The position numbers and the translations under genes are program-made. Below the pieces are notes generated by a model. It did not search any database and was not told the origin of the DNA. It saw only the letters and a program-made list of their open reading frames with translations. A stretch of 64,000 nt of DNA from the NCBI GenBank assembly GCA_016288155.1, contig JAEEYP010000063.1, positions 222,124 through 286,123 on the forward strand, read 5' to 3'. This DNA comes from Clostridiales bacterium (lineage in GTDB: Bacteria > Bacillota > Clostridia > Oscillospirales > CAG-272). Below, in pieces: positions 33,913-42,756 of this stretch (its first letter is position 1; each line of letters begins with the position of its first letter).

Positions 33913-33941
33913 TTGCCAAACGGCGAAGATTTCGGTATAAT
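33913..33941 (+). promoter_or_regulatory. sigma-A promoter candidate of yajC
   Basis: TTGCCA (33913-33918), 17 nt, TATAAT (33936-33941). Confidence 0.65.
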
Positions 33942-33977
33942 ACTATGCGTTGGTATTCTATTCATAGGAGGAACCGT

Positions 33978-34298
33978 ATGCAGCACATTTTTCTCGAATC
34001 GGCTACGCAGTCGAACCAGCTCGGAGGGATCACGACGATCATCATGCTCGTCGCCATGCTCGCCATCTTTTATTTCTTTATGTACCGTCCGCAGAAAAAG
34101 CAGGAAAAGCAGGCGACGGACATGCGCAACGCGCTTGCGGTAGGCGATGAGATCACGACGATCGGCGGGATCATCGGCAAGGTCGTCACGATCAACGACG
34201 AAACGCTCGTGCTCGAAACGAGCAGCAACAAAACGAAGATCCGCATCCACAAGTGGGCGGTCAAGACGGTGGACGTACACGCGGAAGACGCGCTCTGA
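33978..34298 (+). CDS. yajC: preprotein translocase subunit YajC
   Basis: Start at MQHIF (ATG 33978, AGGAGG SD). TM segment followed by FFMYRPQKKQEKQ...VGDEITTIGGIIGKV, the YajC signature. Confidence 0.85.
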   Translation: MQHIFLESATQSNQLGGITTIIMLVAMLAIFYFFMYRPQKKQEKQATDMRNALAVGDEITTIGGIIGKVVTINDETLVLETSSNKTKIRIHKWAVKTVDVHAEDAL

Positions 34299-34364
34299 TC
34301 CGTCATACACGGCACTCCCTCCGCATATGCTTGGTACAAAACAGGCAGTACGGAGGTCATTTCC

Positions 34365-34811
34365 ATGAAAGAATCCGTCCTCTCCCGCCGCGCCGATCCG
34401 CATGACGTGTCCGCTCTGTTTCTCCGCGCGCTGTGCGCCGCGGGGATTGGGCTTGCCGTCGCGGCGGCGTCGCTCCTCGTCGGCTGCGCGGCGGCGTTCC
34501 GCTCGCCGGATCCCGCCGCCCTCGTGCTCCCGCTTTCGATCGCGGCGTTCTATCTTTCCGCCACCGCTTGCGGGATCGCCGCCGGCTACAAAAGCGACGC
34601 GCCGCTCGTGCACGGCATGACGGCGGGCATCGTGTACTGTCTTCTCACGGCGCTGCTCTCTCTTCTGCCCTTCGGGCAGGAGAGCGGTCTCGCCACGCTC
34701 CACTCCCTTCTGCTGCGGTCCGCCTCGGTCCCCGTCGCCATGCTCGCCGCCGGGATCGGGCATCGACGGACGCACAGACCGGGAAACAGACGCAAAAAAC
34801 GCCTCCGCTGA
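34365..34811 (+). CDS. small polytopic membrane protein (YrzE/TIGR04086-like by context and topology)
   Basis: ACGGAGG SD, four hydrophobic segments, basic C-terminal tail. Family assignment is from memory and tentative. Confidence 0.55.
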   Translation: MKESVLSRRADPHDVSALFLRALCAAGIGLAVAAASLLVGCAAAFRSPDPAALVLPLSIAAFYLSATACGIAAGYKSDAPLVHGMTAGIVYCLLTALLSLLPFGQESGLATLHSLLLRSASVPVAMLAAGIGHRRTHRPGNRRKKRLR

Positions 34812-34839
34812 AACGGAGGTTTCCATAAGGACTGACTTT

Positions 34840-35688
34840 ATGCTTCACATTTTCAAGCTGAACGGCCGCACCGGTGCGTACGACTGCACCGCGCGCCGTT
34901 ATACCCCGCTCTCTCCGCTGGCACTTCGGCTCGCCGACGCCGTCACCCCTCCGATCCCGAAAGATTGCCCGTCCGCTCTGCGTTACGCTTTCGCCAAATA
35001 CGACAGCAACGACCTGAACGAAGCGTACGCGGAATTGTACGCGCTGTTCACCGATCCGTGTCCCGCGGATGCGGCCGCCGGAAGCCTCCCGGCAGATACA
35101 GTTCCATACCGGGAATACCGCGCCGCCTCCGCCGAGGAAGCAGCCGCGCTGCTGCACGAGCATCAGGCGGATGCCAAAGAAGCGATCGTCCTCTTCGTCG
35201 ATCACGTCTCGCCCGCTCAGGCCGCCGCGCTGAAGGACGGCGCGCAGGGACAGCTGATGCTGATCGCCGCTTTGGAGGATGATCTCCTGACGGAAGACGA
35301 CGTCGCCCTTCTGAACGGCAGCGGCGTGTACGTACTTCTCCCGACGGATAAAATCGAGGAATACGCGGCACGCGGTCTGCGGTATCTCTCCGCCGCGCTC
35401 CCCGCGTCGGAAGAAGGCGCGAAAGCGGCGGCCCGGATCGCCCGGATCGCCGAGCGCAGCCGGGACGCCGGACAACCCGTGCAGTTCGCGCCGTTCACTC
35501 TGGCGCTGTGCGCGCGGGCGGATCACGATCCGCAAAAGAGCGCCTGCGCCGACTGCTGGGCGCGTGAGATCTGCGGCGGGAAGCGCCTGAGTACCGACGG
35601 TACCCCGACGGAAGCGTGTACGCTCGAACGCACGCTGATCGAATGTGCTATCGTTCTTTCGGCGCCCACCGCGGACGACGACGAATAA
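34840..35688 (+). CDS. SPASM/SCIFF-maturase-like protein lacking the radical-SAM CxxxCxxC motif
   Basis: N-terminus MLHIFKLNGRTGAYD... and helical KYDSNDLNEAYAELYAL resemble the N-terminal peptide-recognition part of SPASM maturases. The C-terminus CADCWAREICGGK...ACTLERTLIECAI resembles the SPASM Cx2Cx5Cx3C...C end. No CxxxCxxC anywhere, and only 282 aa. Confidence 0.5.
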   Translation: MLHIFKLNGRTGAYDCTARRYTPLSPLALRLADAVTPPIPKDCPSALRYAFAKYDSNDLNEAYAELYALFTDPCPADAAAGSLPADTVPYREYRAASAEEAAALLHEHQADAKEAIVLFVDHVSPAQAAALKDGAQGQLMLIAALEDDLLTEDDVALLNGSGVYVLLPTDKIEEYAARGLRYLSAALPASEEGAKAAARIARIAERSRDAGQPVQFAPFTLALCARADHDPQKSACADCWAREICGGKRLSTDGTPTEACTLERTLIECAIVLSAPTADDDE

Positions 35689-35701
35689 AAGATCATCGGA
35701 C

Positions 35702-35735
35702 AAGCCCTTTTCCCTGACGAAAAGGGCTTTCTCAT
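35702..35735 (+). terminator. terminator-like hairpin
   Basis: AAGCCCTTTTC/GAAAAGGGCTT stem followed by TCTCAT (weak U tract). Confidence 0.45.
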
Positions 35736-35763
35736 ACGGAAAGCAAAATAAGGAGAACAGATC

Positions 35764-37641
35764 ATGGATTGCCTTCTCATTGCAAGCGGCGCCTCCGACC
35801 TCAGCGCGGTGCTGGAAAGCTGCGGCGCGAAGATCACCCGCATGACCGCGAAGGAAGCGCTGTACGCCGATCTTACCCCGTATGACTGCTACGGGATCTT
35901 CGCCGACGGCGAGGTGCTCGATGCGCGCCTCCGCGTACGGCTGGAGGAGGAAAACGCGAAAGGAAAGCGGGTCTTTACGGAAGCGCTCAACAGCTGGGAC
36001 GGCATCTATTCCGCCCCGTCGGCCGACACGACGCGCCGCCGGCTCGTCGTCGTCCCGCCCGAGGAAGGCGGCATTCCGGGGCTTGCGGTCGGCGATCTTC
36101 TCGACGACCAGAGCAACCGGATGATAAAGCCATGGTACGGCGTCCCCGGCATCCGTCCGCTGCTCGTGTACCGGGAACATATCATCGCGCACCGACACTG
36201 GGACGCGCCCGTCGAGGAGATCGAGAAAGACAGCGCGCTCGGTCTCTGGATGCTGGGCGACACCGTAATGATGTGCTCCTTCATCCTGCACGACTTCAAC
36301 CGCGCCCGCTTCTCTCCGCGGGACGCGTGGCGAAAGCTGATCGTCTTCATCGTCCGGTGGCTGACCGGGAGCGAACCCGCTTATCTGCCGGAGCCCGTCG
36401 TCCGATACGGCGTCCCGGACGATCTGACCGACGCAAGCGTCTTTGAGCGGTGCCGGAAGGATGCCGTCGCGCGCGGCGTACGCTGGCTTGAGAGATATCT
36501 CGTGGACGAGGGGCGCGGCGGGATCCGCGAGGGTCTGCGGCACGATATCAGCCCGGAGGGCGTTCAGGCAACGACCGATCAAGTGCGCACGGACTGTACA
36601 GGCGAAGCGGCGGGCACGTTCCGATTCTACGGATTCCTGCGCGGCGACGATAACGCCAAGCGGACGGCGGACGCCCTCGAAAGCTTCGTGTTCGGTCCGA
36701 TGACGGTGCACGGCGGACTCCTCGACGGCATGCTCCGCTGGACCGAGTCGGCGATGCTCGTCTGCTATCAGGACGACGCGGCGCGCGCGCTGCTCCCCGC
36801 GCTGTACGCCTGTCTGTATCTCGGTCACGACGCCGTGTATCCCGCCGTTGCCAATGCGCTCGATTTCCTTGTAAAGACCACGGCGAAGGACGGATGCCGC
36901 GTATGGCGGACGGACGGTCCGAATCTGACGGAAGAAAAGATCCGCTCTCTCGCCGCCGAGGAGCACGGATATCCCTGTGCGCACTACAACGCGTACTATC
37001 ACGCCGCACTGCTTCTCGCTTACAAATACAGCGGGGATCGTACCTATCTCGAGGTGGGCAAAAACGGGCTCGAGACGATCATGTCGCTCTACCCCGACAC
37101 CAAGCGGGAGCAGAGCGAGACGGAGGAGATGTGCCGCCTGATCCTGCCGCTTGCCGCCTTGTACGATGCGACGCGCGAGGAAAAACACCTCGCCATGCTC
37201 CGGCGCGTGACGGACGATCTCCTCACGCACCGCCATCCGTCCGGCGGCATCTGCGAATGGGACACCGGATACAAGGCGTCCTGCTCCCGCGAATCGAAGG
37301 GAGAGTGTTCGCTTTTGACGGAGAACGGCGACCCCGTCGTCGATCTGCTTTATTCGACAAACTGGCTTCCGATCGGGTTCGCCTACGCGTATCACGTAAC
37401 GGGAGACCGGCGTTATCACGAGTTGTGGCGGAGCGTGGCGTCGTTCTGCATGAAAGCGCAGGTCTTCTCCGACGATCCGAAGCTCGACGGATCATGGTGC
37501 CGTGCGTTCGACGTCGAACTCGGCGAGGCGTACGGATGCCCGCACGACGTCGGCTGGGCGGCGTACTGCAGCGAATCCGGCTGGACGGACGCGGAGATCC
37601 TCATGGGGCTGATGATGCCGGAGCTGTGGGGCGAGCTGTAA
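35764..37641 (+). CDS. uncharacterised 625-aa cytoplasmic protein; C-terminal half looks alpha/alpha-toroid-like (six-hairpin glycosidase or terpenoid-cyclase/prenyltransferase-like)
   Basis: AAGGAG SD, protein-like composition rich in W/Y/H/C. Repeated xGGxxE/W segments (DEGRGGIREG, HPSGGICEWD). No signal peptide. Fold assignment is a guess. Confidence 0.6.
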   Translation: MDCLLIASGASDLSAVLESCGAKITRMTAKEALYADLTPYDCYGIFADGEVLDARLRVRLEEENAKGKRVFTEALNSWDGIYSAPSADTTRRRLVVVPPEEGGIPGLAVGDLLDDQSNRMIKPWYGVPGIRPLLVYREHIIAHRHWDAPVEEIEKDSALGLWMLGDTVMMCSFILHDFNRARFSPRDAWRKLIVFIVRWLTGSEPAYLPEPVVRYGVPDDLTDASVFERCRKDAVARGVRWLERYLVDEGRGGIREGLRHDISPEGVQATTDQVRTDCTGEAAGTFRFYGFLRGDDNAKRTADALESFVFGPMTVHGGLLDGMLRWTESAMLVCYQDDAARALLPALYACLYLGHDAVYPAVANALDFLVKTTAKDGCRVWRTDGPNLTEEKIRSLAAEEHGYPCAHYNAYYHAALLLAYKYSGDRTYLEVGKNGLETIMSLYPDTKREQSETEEMCRLILPLAALYDATREEKHLAMLRRVTDDLLTHRHPSGGICEWDTGYKASCSRESKGECSLLTENGDPVVDLLYSTNWLPIGFAYAYHVTGDRRYHELWRSVASFCMKAQVFSDDPKLDGSWCRAFDVELGEAYGCPHDVGWAAYCSESGWTDAEILMGLMMPELWGEL

Positions 37642-37654
37642 CGAAACAAAAATT

Positions 37655-37688
37655 GACCTTCCCCCGTATGGAGGAAGGTCTTTTTTTT
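37655..37688. terminator. bidirectional rho-independent terminator between convergent genes
   Basis: GACCTTCC...GGAAGGTC stem followed by TTTTTTTT, with an A-rich 5' flank. Confidence 0.8.
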
Positions 37689-37716
37689 GCCTTTGTTTCC
37701 CGAAACGGCGATATCC

Positions 37717-39282
37717 TCATCCCTCGCCGATCCGTTCGTCCGCCGCAGAGAGGAGCCGTCGGCGCGCCTCCTCGAACGCCGCGACGCCGTACTCCACGTC
37801 GAAAAACGAACGGAAAACGGACGTGCAGATCCCGTCGGCGAGCGGCTTGTCGTGCTTTGCGACGGCTTTGAGCAGCTCATATTCCTCCGCGCTTTCCCGC
37901 TCGGCCTCCAGCCGCATCGAAAGCCACGGTTCGCCGTCTCCCGGATAGAGGACGTGCGTGTCCCCTGCCGGCAGATAACACACGGCGTCCGCATTATGAT
38001 GCTCCGGGCAGTTCAGCTCGAACGGATCCTGTCCCGGCTGGTAGCAGTTCGCCGCCCAGTGCAGAAATCCCGTGAGGTCGTAGAGGTAATTCCCCCAATG
38101 CAGATACCGTGTCGAGAGCAGCGGATAATCCATAAAGCGGTTGATCGCGCCGGGCTCGCGCGGACCGCAACAGACGTAATGCCAGATCTCCGCGCCGTTC
38201 TGCCGGAAGGTCTCGATCTCCGCGCGGTGGCGGTCGTACTCGGCGTTGAGCGGTACCCAGACGTCGAGCGCGCCGTGCAGATTGCCCCACGACATGGCGT
38301 CGCCGAGGCGGATGTCCGGTACGATTCTGTGGATCAGCCCGCAGAGCGCGCGGAATTCCGTCGCGTTCTCGGCGTTCGGCTCGTCGGCGACACCCATGAC
38401 GCAGCGGGAGGTCCAGCCGTGTTCGTCAAGGACCTTCTGCAGAGCGGGCAGGTACTGCGTCAGATAGCAATACCCCTCGTAGGACATGGACGGGATCGTC
38501 CCGCGGAGCAGGATCGTGGACTCCGACCAGCTCTTGCGCCAGCCGACGGAGGGAAGCCAGAAATACGTCATCCCCGCCGCCTCGAATTCTTCGATCATGC
38601 GCACGAGCCCCGTGAAATCGAATTCCCATACGCGGGGTGAGACCTCCTTCGCGTCCACGCTGCCGACGTACGTCATGTTCTGGTGCATCCGGCGGAGGGC
38701 GGCGAGGTACTTCTTTTCGAGTGCGACGAACGCCTCCGTTCCGAGGCGTACACCGTGGTATTGCTCGACCCGCGCGCGGTTGTAGCCGAGGATCATTTTC
38801 AGGCTTTCCTTCGGCACGCGGCAGCGGTGGACGGTGAGCCGTCCGGGGATCTCCGTCCCGTCCGCACACACCGTGAACGGATACGTGCCGGGTTCGGCGT
38901 CGGGCGAGAGCTTCAGCGCGATATAGAAGCCGCACTGCTTCCCTTCTCCTTCGCACTCGACGCGCCCGGTATAGGGACGGACGCAGTCGTAGATCCGATA
39001 CGGCGCGATCCGCTCCGGGTAATGCGGCGCTCTCGCCTCGTCTGCAATCCCCTGATTGCGCTCGACCATGACGGACTTGAGCGACCAGAGCTCGGCCTGT
39101 ACGCCCTCGGGCAGTCCTTCGACGGCGAGGGACACGCCGTCCGACGGCACGTCCCGCAACAAAAGCTGGAACGAGGCGTATCCGCCCCGCGCGCCGCAGA
39201 CGTCGGGGGCAGCTGAGGAGCTTTCGTAGGCAAAAACGTCCGGGTAGGTGAACTCCGCGCTCGATACGACGGTATATTTCAT
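37717..39282 (-). CDS. uncharacterised glycoside-hydrolase-like protein (DUF4091/GH123-like by recollection)
   Basis: Start at MKYTVVSS (ATG 39282, AGGAG SD), 522 aa, no signal peptide. Family call is from overall pattern only. Confidence 0.5.
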   Translation of the reverse strand: MKYTVVSSAEFTYPDVFAYESSSAAPDVCGARGGYASFQLLLRDVPSDGVSLAVEGLPEGVQAELWSLKSVMVERNQGIADEARAPHYPERIAPYRIYDCVRPYTGRVECEGEGKQCGFYIALKLSPDAEPGTYPFTVCADGTEIPGRLTVHRCRVPKESLKMILGYNRARVEQYHGVRLGTEAFVALEKKYLAALRRMHQNMTYVGSVDAKEVSPRVWEFDFTGLVRMIEEFEAAGMTYFWLPSVGWRKSWSESTILLRGTIPSMSYEGYCYLTQYLPALQKVLDEHGWTSRCVMGVADEPNAENATEFRALCGLIHRIVPDIRLGDAMSWGNLHGALDVWVPLNAEYDRHRAEIETFRQNGAEIWHYVCCGPREPGAINRFMDYPLLSTRYLHWGNYLYDLTGFLHWAANCYQPGQDPFELNCPEHHNADAVCYLPAGDTHVLYPGDGEPWLSMRLEAERESAEEYELLKAVAKHDKPLADGICTSVFRSFFDVEYGVAAFEEARRRLLSAADERIGEG

Positions 39283-39335
39283 ATGTTTCTCCTGATCTCG
39301 CCCGCGCGGGGCGTAGTGTGACGTTCCGATCGTTT

Positions 39336-41360
39336 TCAGTGCACCTGATAGCCGGTCATGCGGAAGTCGATCTCCTTCGGGAGCGGATATTTTTCGAGGA
39401 TCTCCTCCGCCGGGATGTCCGCCGGGTCCCGCCCGTCCGCCGCCGCCGTCTTCGCGCGGTACAGATCGACCCATACCGTCGTGGCGGACGCCTCGCCCTC
39501 ATGCATGTCGGCGATCTCCGGGATGTGCAGAAGCAGCGCTTCCGCTTCCTCAAGCCGTGACTGCTTGACGAGGTTCTGGATGCAGAGCAGCGCGATGCGT
39601 CCGTTCTCCAGATAGGCGGGATGCGCCTTCACCGCCGCCGCGATCACCTCGTCCACGTCCTGCGGCGTACCGTATGTACCGAGGAACCGCGCCGCGTCGA
39701 TGACGAGCCGCGCGTACTCGCCGCCCAGAGCGAGCGCGCGCTTCATGTACGCGGCGCCTTCCGTCTCGCCCGCTCCCCTCGCCGCCGCTATTTTGGCGAG
39801 CGCGGTCAGCGCGAGCGCGTTCTCATTCGCTTCGACGGAGGCTTTGAACGCCGCCTCCGCCTCGTCGTACCCCTTCGCCTCCCAGAGGAGACATCCTTCT
39901 TCCAGCAGCGCGTACCACGACCGGTCGGGAGATCTCCGCAGCGCGTCGAGGATCGCGCCGCCGACCGCTCCCCCGGCGTAGTCGATGAAGTACCCCTCAC
40001 GCAGAACGGAGGATTTATGGGGCAGACTGCCGGTTTCTTTGAGCACGAGGAAATCGTGCTCCGGCGTCCCCGCCTCGATGCTCTCCGGCGGGAAGTCCGC
40101 GAGACGGGAGAGCTTCTTTTCCATATACAACTCCGTCAGCGCGCCCCACCCGCTCCCGCGGGAATCGAGGACTTCCTTGCCCGCCGGATCGAAATACGCG
40201 TCCGCGCCGTTCACGAGCGCGAAGCGTCCCGCGCGCCGCAGTTCTTGTTCCGTATACGCGGCGGAGATCCGGTTGTCCTCGCTCAACAGCCGTTCGGGAT
40301 CGCCGGAGAACGCGGAGTACCCCTCCGTCCACTCGAAGGACGATTTCGGCGGCATAGGGCGGTGCTCCGCCTGCGAATGGAGGAGTCCCGCCTGCATTTC
40401 GGCATAATACCGATCGTCGCGGGAGAGCCAGCGGTTCCACGTGCGTCCGCCCTGCGCCTTCGTACCCCAAACGAAGAGCTTGCGCCCGATGAGATTATCC
40501 GTCGAGAACTGGATGAAGCCCCGTCCGTCGCCGCCGACCGCGCCCTCGAATTTCGGGCTGTCCGCAGGGATCTGATAGAAATAGTCTTTCGCACAGGTGT
40601 ACCGCGCGGGCCAATAGGCATCCTCCGGCAGGGACGTGCGGTGCGCCGCCCATCGCCCGTCATGTGTGCGGTCGTAGGTATAGTACTTCTCCGCGGGAAC
40701 GAGGATGCGGGTGTCTTCGTGCTCCTCAACGGCCATGTTCGACCACCAGTACACGTAGGTCGGGGTGTCGTGCGGATTTTCCACCGTCACGCGGACGAGG
40801 AGCACGTCGTCGGCGAGTGCGGCGCGGATGACGAAAACGAGCCCGCGCTTGCGCTCGTACTCCCACATTTTGAGCGTCGTGCCCCCCGCTTTGTTTTCGT
40901 AATGCGCGGCGAACAGCGGCGAGGCGGTGTGCGCGTGATGCCCGATGATACCGCAGTTCCACTCCACGCCGCCGGAGAACCACGCGTTGCGCAAAGCGAG
41001 GTTCGCGGGCTGGAAGACGTTGTTGCGGAAAAGCAGCTCCCTCTCCTCCGTCTTCGAGCGGAGCGACCAGAGCCGCCCGCCGAGATCGACGGCGAACTCC
41101 GCCCGGAGATACTCGTTTTCGAGCACCGCCATCCGGAGCGAGGACGGCTTCAGATCGCGGTCGTACCCGTCCTGCATGGTATAGGGGAGCATGGTATGGA
41201 CCTGCCCCTGATAGACCCACGCGCCCTCCTCCGGGGACATACCCTCGTCCACGACAGCGGGCAAGGGATTGTCCCCCGCAAAGCCGCGGATATCGGGGAT
41301 CGCGTTCGGCGTACCGAGGTCGGCGCAGGGCATGGGGACGCGTTCAAGCTTGAATTCCAT
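39336..41360 (-). CDS. DUF5107-like protein with C-terminal TPR-like helical region
   Basis: GGAGGAG SD. LENEYLRAEFAVDLGGRLWSL...FQPANLALRNAWFSGGVEWNCGIIGHH matches the DUF5107 N-terminal pattern as I recall it. The Ala/Leu-rich helical C-terminal ~200 aa looks TPR-like. Confidence 0.55.
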   Translation of the reverse strand: MEFKLERVPMPCADLGTPNAIPDIRGFAGDNPLPAVVDEGMSPEEGAWVYQGQVHTMLPYTMQDGYDRDLKPSSLRMAVLENEYLRAEFAVDLGGRLWSLRSKTEERELLFRNNVFQPANLALRNAWFSGGVEWNCGIIGHHAHTASPLFAAHYENKAGGTTLKMWEYERKRGLVFVIRAALADDVLLVRVTVENPHDTPTYVYWWSNMAVEEHEDTRILVPAEKYYTYDRTHDGRWAAHRTSLPEDAYWPARYTCAKDYFYQIPADSPKFEGAVGGDGRGFIQFSTDNLIGRKLFVWGTKAQGGRTWNRWLSRDDRYYAEMQAGLLHSQAEHRPMPPKSSFEWTEGYSAFSGDPERLLSEDNRISAAYTEQELRRAGRFALVNGADAYFDPAGKEVLDSRGSGWGALTELYMEKKLSRLADFPPESIEAGTPEHDFLVLKETGSLPHKSSVLREGYFIDYAGGAVGGAILDALRRSPDRSWYALLEEGCLLWEAKGYDEAEAAFKASVEANENALALTALAKIAAARGAGETEGAAYMKRALALGGEYARLVIDAARFLGTYGTPQDVDEVIAAAVKAHPAYLENGRIALLCIQNLVKQSRLEEAEALLLHIPEIADMHEGEASATTVWVDLYRAKTAAADGRDPADIPAEEILEKYPLPKEIDFRMTGYQVH

Positions 41361-41439
41361 CGTATTCTCCTCCGTTTACGATCCGATTCGGTCCGTATCT
41401 CATCGGATATGACCGCTGTCCAAAAGAGCGTATTCATAT

Positions 41440-41473
41440 ACAGAACACCTCCCGCGGCGAATACCGCGGGAGG
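41440..41473 (-). terminator. terminator-like hairpin after the DUF3048 gene
   Basis: CCTCCCGCGG/CCGCGGGAGG 10-bp stem. The downstream tract is only moderately U-rich. Confidence 0.5.
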
Positions 41474-41486
41474 TCGACAGCAGTCT

Positions 41487-42743
41487 TCACTGCGTGGATT
41501 TCCAGACAAAGTTGAAATTGATCGACTGCTCCACCGTCGTGGGGCAAACGGAAACAAAGGTCTTGCCGCGGTTGATGCGGAGAGGATCCCCGTTCTGGTC
41601 GTAAAACCGGATCGGGGACTCGTGCGACGTTTTTTCCCACGTGATCGTTATGTAGGTACCGCACGTGGCGTAATAACCCTTACCCTCGCCGATCGTCCCG
41701 ACGTCGATGCGGTTCTTAGGATCGCCGGTGATCGCGCCGGTCTGACAGAAGAGGATCATCACGTTCTCAAAGGAAAGCTGCTCGCCCGTAGCACCGTCGA
41801 TGTGTTTCTCCCCGCCGAACTGATAGCGAAGATACTTTCCCGTGTTCCGGTCGTACACGAAATCCGTCGTCTGCGCGATGGAATACGGGATGCGGATATG
41901 CGACGCCGCCTGCTGATAAGAGAGCGTCGTTCCTTCCGCCGCGAAATCGAGCGGATAATTGAAGTCTTCGGTCAGCGCCGTGCGGTAATTCTTGCGGGCG
42001 ACGCCCCAGACGATCTTCTCGCCGGTCGTCATCAGGCTGTGTTCGAGCCCCATCGTTGCGATGCGCTCCTGATTGCGGTAGAACATCTCGGCGACGACCC
42101 ACATATTGACGCCGTCGAGATTGTTCACGCCGCGCGCCTGGATCGCGTCATAGGCATATTCGCTCCCGCCGGCATGGACGTAGATCGCGTCGTAGTCGGC
42201 GGCGAAATCGAGATAATAATCGCGGGAGGAGCGGACGCTCCCGATCTCCGGCAGCGCCGCGTAATCGAGCGCCAGCATCATCAGGCGCGTGTATCCGCCC
42301 TCGACGAGGCATTCATAGATCACGTCGGCTTTCGAGATCCCGATCTGCGGACAACTGACCCGGATATTGTTGATCATGATCGCAGCCGGACGCTGCTGTG
42401 AAAGGTCCTGCGTCGTCTTCAGCCCGGTCAGGGGATTGACGAACGGCGGGTTCTCGTTGATCGTCGGCGGATCCGTTTCCGGCGGGTCCGTTTCCGGAGG
42501 TTCTGTTTCGGGAGGCTCTGTTTCCGGAGGCTCGGTTTCGGGCGGTTCCGTTTCCGGCGGATCCGTTTCCGGCGGCTCGGTCTCTGGCGGATCCGTTTCA
42601 GGCGGATCGGTCTCCGGCGGCTGTGTCACGGGCGGATCGGTCTCCGTCCCGGCGTTCACCGGCTCCGTCCCGCCGCACGCGGCAAGGGCGAAGCAGAGCA
42701 GAAGCGCCAGAAGGAGCGCTCCCGCGCGGCAGGCAGTTTTCAT
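41487..42743 (-). CDS. DUF3048-domain lipoprotein (YerB-like) with Pro/Glu/Thr repeat linker
   Basis: Start at MKTACRAGALLLALLLCFALAACGG (ATG 42743, AAGGAGGAGG SD). RPAAIMINN...ADVIYECLVEGGYTRLMMLA is the DUF3048 core. Confidence 0.75.
   Translation of the reverse strand: MKTACRAGALLLALLLCFALAACGGTEPVNAGTETDPPVTQPPETDPPETDPPETEPPETDPPETEPPETEPPETEPPETEPPETDPPETDPPTINENPPFVNPLTGLKTTQDLSQQRPAAIMINNIRVSCPQIGISKADVIYECLVEGGYTRLMMLALDYAALPEIGSVRSSRDYYLDFAADYDAIYVHAGGSEYAYDAIQARGVNNLDGVNMWVVAEMFYRNQERIATMGLEHSLMTTGEKIVWGVARKNYRTALTEDFNYPLDFAAEGTTLSYQQAASHIRIPYSIAQTTDFVYDRNTGKYLRYQFGGEKHIDGATGEQLSFENVMILFCQTGAITGDPKNRIDVGTIGEGKGYYATCGTYITITWEKTSHESPIRFYDQNGDPLRINRGKTFVSVCPTTVEQSINFNFVWKSTQ
42465..42647 (-). 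repeat. ~12 tandem 15-bp units encoding (P-P-E-T-D/E)n
   Basis: Protein reads TETDPPVTQPPETDPPETDPPETEPPETDPPETEPPETEPPETEPPETEPPETDPPETDPP. The DNA shows GGNTCNGTTTCNGGN-type periodicity. Confidence 0.9.
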
Positions 42744-42756
42744 GGTATCCTCCTCC

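Noticed and set aside
34645-37419. A 924-aa minus-strand ORF spanning three plus-strand genes and two intergenic spacers, which could have been a single large hidden gene.
   Set aside because: The plus-strand genes each have an SD, sensible hydrophobicity or composition, and terminators. The minus-strand translation is low-complexity (R/V/G/A/D) throughout and crosses a plus-strand terminator hairpin. Judged a shadow ORF.
35764-37641. The 625-aa helical-repeat protein as a LanC-like lanthipeptide cyclase partnering the SPASM-like gene (SWC and GCPH motifs noticed).
   Set aside because: The Trp-Cys and Cys-His elements are only ~14 residues apart, whereas the LanC zinc ligands are ~45 residues apart. 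No GxxHG motif, precursor peptide or dehydratase is present. Kept only as a generic alpha/alpha-toroid guess.
42465-42647. Regular short repeats as a possible CRISPR array or as the Gly/Ser-repeat protein of antisense ORF 42367..43104.
   Set aside because: The repeats are contiguous 15-bp units without spacers and are in frame within a lipoprotein gene with a clear signal peptide and DUF3048 domain. There are no cas genes.
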